DNA of 64,000 nucleotides from Collinsella sp. (GTDB lineage: Bacteria > Actinomycetota > Coriobacteriia > Coriobacteriales > Coriobacteriaceae): NCBI GenBank assembly GCA_048323995.1, contig DBFELT010000005.1:1892-65891 (forward strand), written 5' to 3'. Position numbers and translations under genes: made by a program. The notes below the pieces were generated by a model. The model saw only the letters and a program-made list of their open reading frames with translations, ran no database searches and had not been told where the DNA came from. Shown in pieces: positions 62,693 to 64,000 of the stretch; the stretch's first letter is position 1; each line of letters begins with the position of its first letter.

Positions 62693-62962
62693 GTTACGCG
62701 GGCTTACCAGCCCGCGTAACCAGTTGACGCTGCAAACCCGCCAGAGCGGCAATCTGTCTTTCAACTTCGGCGGCATGATCAAAAAAGTTACGGCGTTTTA
62801 CCAAACGCCGTAACGGCTCGACGCTGCGCGCCGCCCAAGGCGGCAATTTGTCATTCAAAAGGCAGGGCATGACCAGAAGGTCAATGCCCTGCCTTTTTCA
62901 TGCCAACTTGTTCGCCTTGGACGTCGCTCGCTGACATTGGCTCAACCTGCGGTGCTGACTAC
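62693..62962 (+). repeat. Structured dispersed element: truncated copy (62693-62782) followed by a complete copy (62787-62962)
   Basis: Two TACC-loop hairpins; long stem with a gaccagaaggtc tip. Confidence 0.82.
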
Positions 62963-62974
62963 TCCCCTTGCACC

Positions 62975-63017
62975 AAAAACCGCCCCGTTCTCGGTTTTTG
63001 AGGACGGGGCGGTTTTG
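62975..63017. terminator. Bidirectional terminator-like hairpin
   Basis: aaaaccgccccgttctc-loop-gaggacggggcggtttt. Confidence 0.65.
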
Positions 63018-63040
63018 CTTACCTAGATTGTTCGAGTTCC

Positions 63041-64000
63041 TTATGCAAAGCGGGCGACGAGCTCCTGGAGCACGTCGGTCATCTTGACGAGCGAACTGAC
63101 CGGGACAAACTCGTTGACGCCGTGGTAGCAATAGCCGCCGGTGGAAAGGTTGGGGCAGGGCAGACCGCGGAACGACAGCTGAGCGCCGTCGGTGCCGCCA
63201 CGAATTGGCAGCACTTGGGGCTCAACGCCGCAGGCAAGGTAGGCTTCCTTGGCAACATCAATAAGCTCGGGATAGTCACGAACGATCTCGGCCATATTTC
63301 GATACTGCTGCTTAATCTCGACCGTCACGCGCTCCTCACCCAGACGCTGGTTGAGCATCGAGGCGGCGGCATCAATAAGGTCGAGTTTCTGCTGGAACTT
63401 GGCGGCGTCATGGTCGCGGACGATATAGCGCGCTGTGGCGTGATCGACGGTCGCAGATACACCCTCAAGGTGATAAAAGCCCTCGTAGCCTTCCGTATAC
63501 TCCGGGCGCTGCACGTAGGGGAGCAACGCGTTGAAGTCGCAGAACAGATTGCCTGCGTTGACCATACGGCCTTTGGCGTCGCCCGGGTGGATGGACTGGC
63601 CCTCAAAGCGGACGGTCACCTCGGCGGCGTTAAAGCACTCCCACTCCAGCTCGCCGATGGGGCCGCCGTCGACCGTGTAGGCGTACTTGCAGCCAAAGGT
63701 ATCGATATCCAACAGCTCGGCTCCGTGGCCGATCTCCTCGTCAGGGCAGAAGCAAATGCCGAGTGCGGGATGGGGCAGAGAAGGGTCCTGAGCGATACGC
63801 GCGACAAGCGACATGATCTCGGCGACGCCTGCCTTGTCGTCTGCGCCCAGCAGCGTGGTGCCATCGCTGCAGACCAAGTCCTCACCCGCGAGGTCGTTCA
63901 GGGCGGGAAGCTTGGCGGTACTCATGGCAACGGGCTTACCGTCAACCGTGCCACAGACCAGGTCGCCGCCTTCGTAGTGTACGATGTGCGGCTTCACGCC
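63041..64000 (-). CDS. pepT: Peptidase T (tripeptide aminopeptidase), 5' end outside the window
   Basis: LGADDKAG, PDEEIG, AYTVDGG, PEYTEGYEGFYHL, IRGGTDG, PCPNL. Confidence 0.93.
   Translation of the reverse strand, partial: GVKPHIVHYEGGDLVCGTVDGKPVAMSTAKLPALNDLAGEDLVCSDGTTLLGADDKAGVAEIMSLVARIAQDPSLPHPALGICFCPDEEIGHGAELLDIDTFGCKYAYTVDGGPIGELEWECFNAAEVTVRFEGQSIHPGDAKGRMVNAGNLFCDFNALLPYVQRPEYTEGYEGFYHLEGVSATVDHATARYIVRDHDAAKFQQKLDLIDAAASMLNQRLGEERVTVEIKQQYRNMAEIVRDYPELIDVAKEAYLACGVEPQVLPIRGGTDGAQLSFRGLPCPNLSTGGYCYHGVNEFVPVSSLVKMTDVLQELVARFA

Noticed and set aside
62693..62830. CRISPR-like pair of palindromic repeats
   Set aside because: Only two non-identical units, the intervening sequence is itself part of the repeat, and no cas genes are present.

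Overview
High-GC bacterial chromosome segment, most likely Coriobacteriia (Collinsella-like). The taxon is inferred from composition, gene content and LAxTG sortase substrates, not from a database search. Most of the window is housekeeping or metabolic, in this order: a TadA-glycerate kinase fusion and the SRP (4.5S) RNA; two tandem paralogous LAxTG coiled-coil surface-protein genes; a heterodimeric ABC exporter, flavodoxin, LTA-synthase-family sulfatase and nitroreductase; kup with a KdpD-like/KdpE pair; rlmKL, a HAD hydrolase, transaldolase and tex; a LysR/SDR/MFS/Gfo cluster; a diguanylate cyclase; a MarR-linked ABC exporter; an amino-acid ABC system with an M20 hydrolase; then prfA-prmC-(HigBA-like TA)-tsaC-glpK-upp-atp operon-murA-LCP and a partial pepT. 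No CRISPR array, tRNA, rRNA, integrase or transposase was recognised. The most interesting signals lie outside the main genes: (1) a dispersed ~160-180 nt structured element in 5-6 copies, usually just after a TAG, with extensive compensatory stem changes and one copy with an inverted hairpin tip; (2) a UAG-terminated uORF in frame with prfA, whose readthrough would end at the prfA Shine-Dalgarno (candidate RF1 autoregulation); (3) tandem surface proteins with conserved ends and a diversified centre; (4) several REP/MITE-like repeat families and an att-like duplication at the tal 3' end. All alignments were made by eye.
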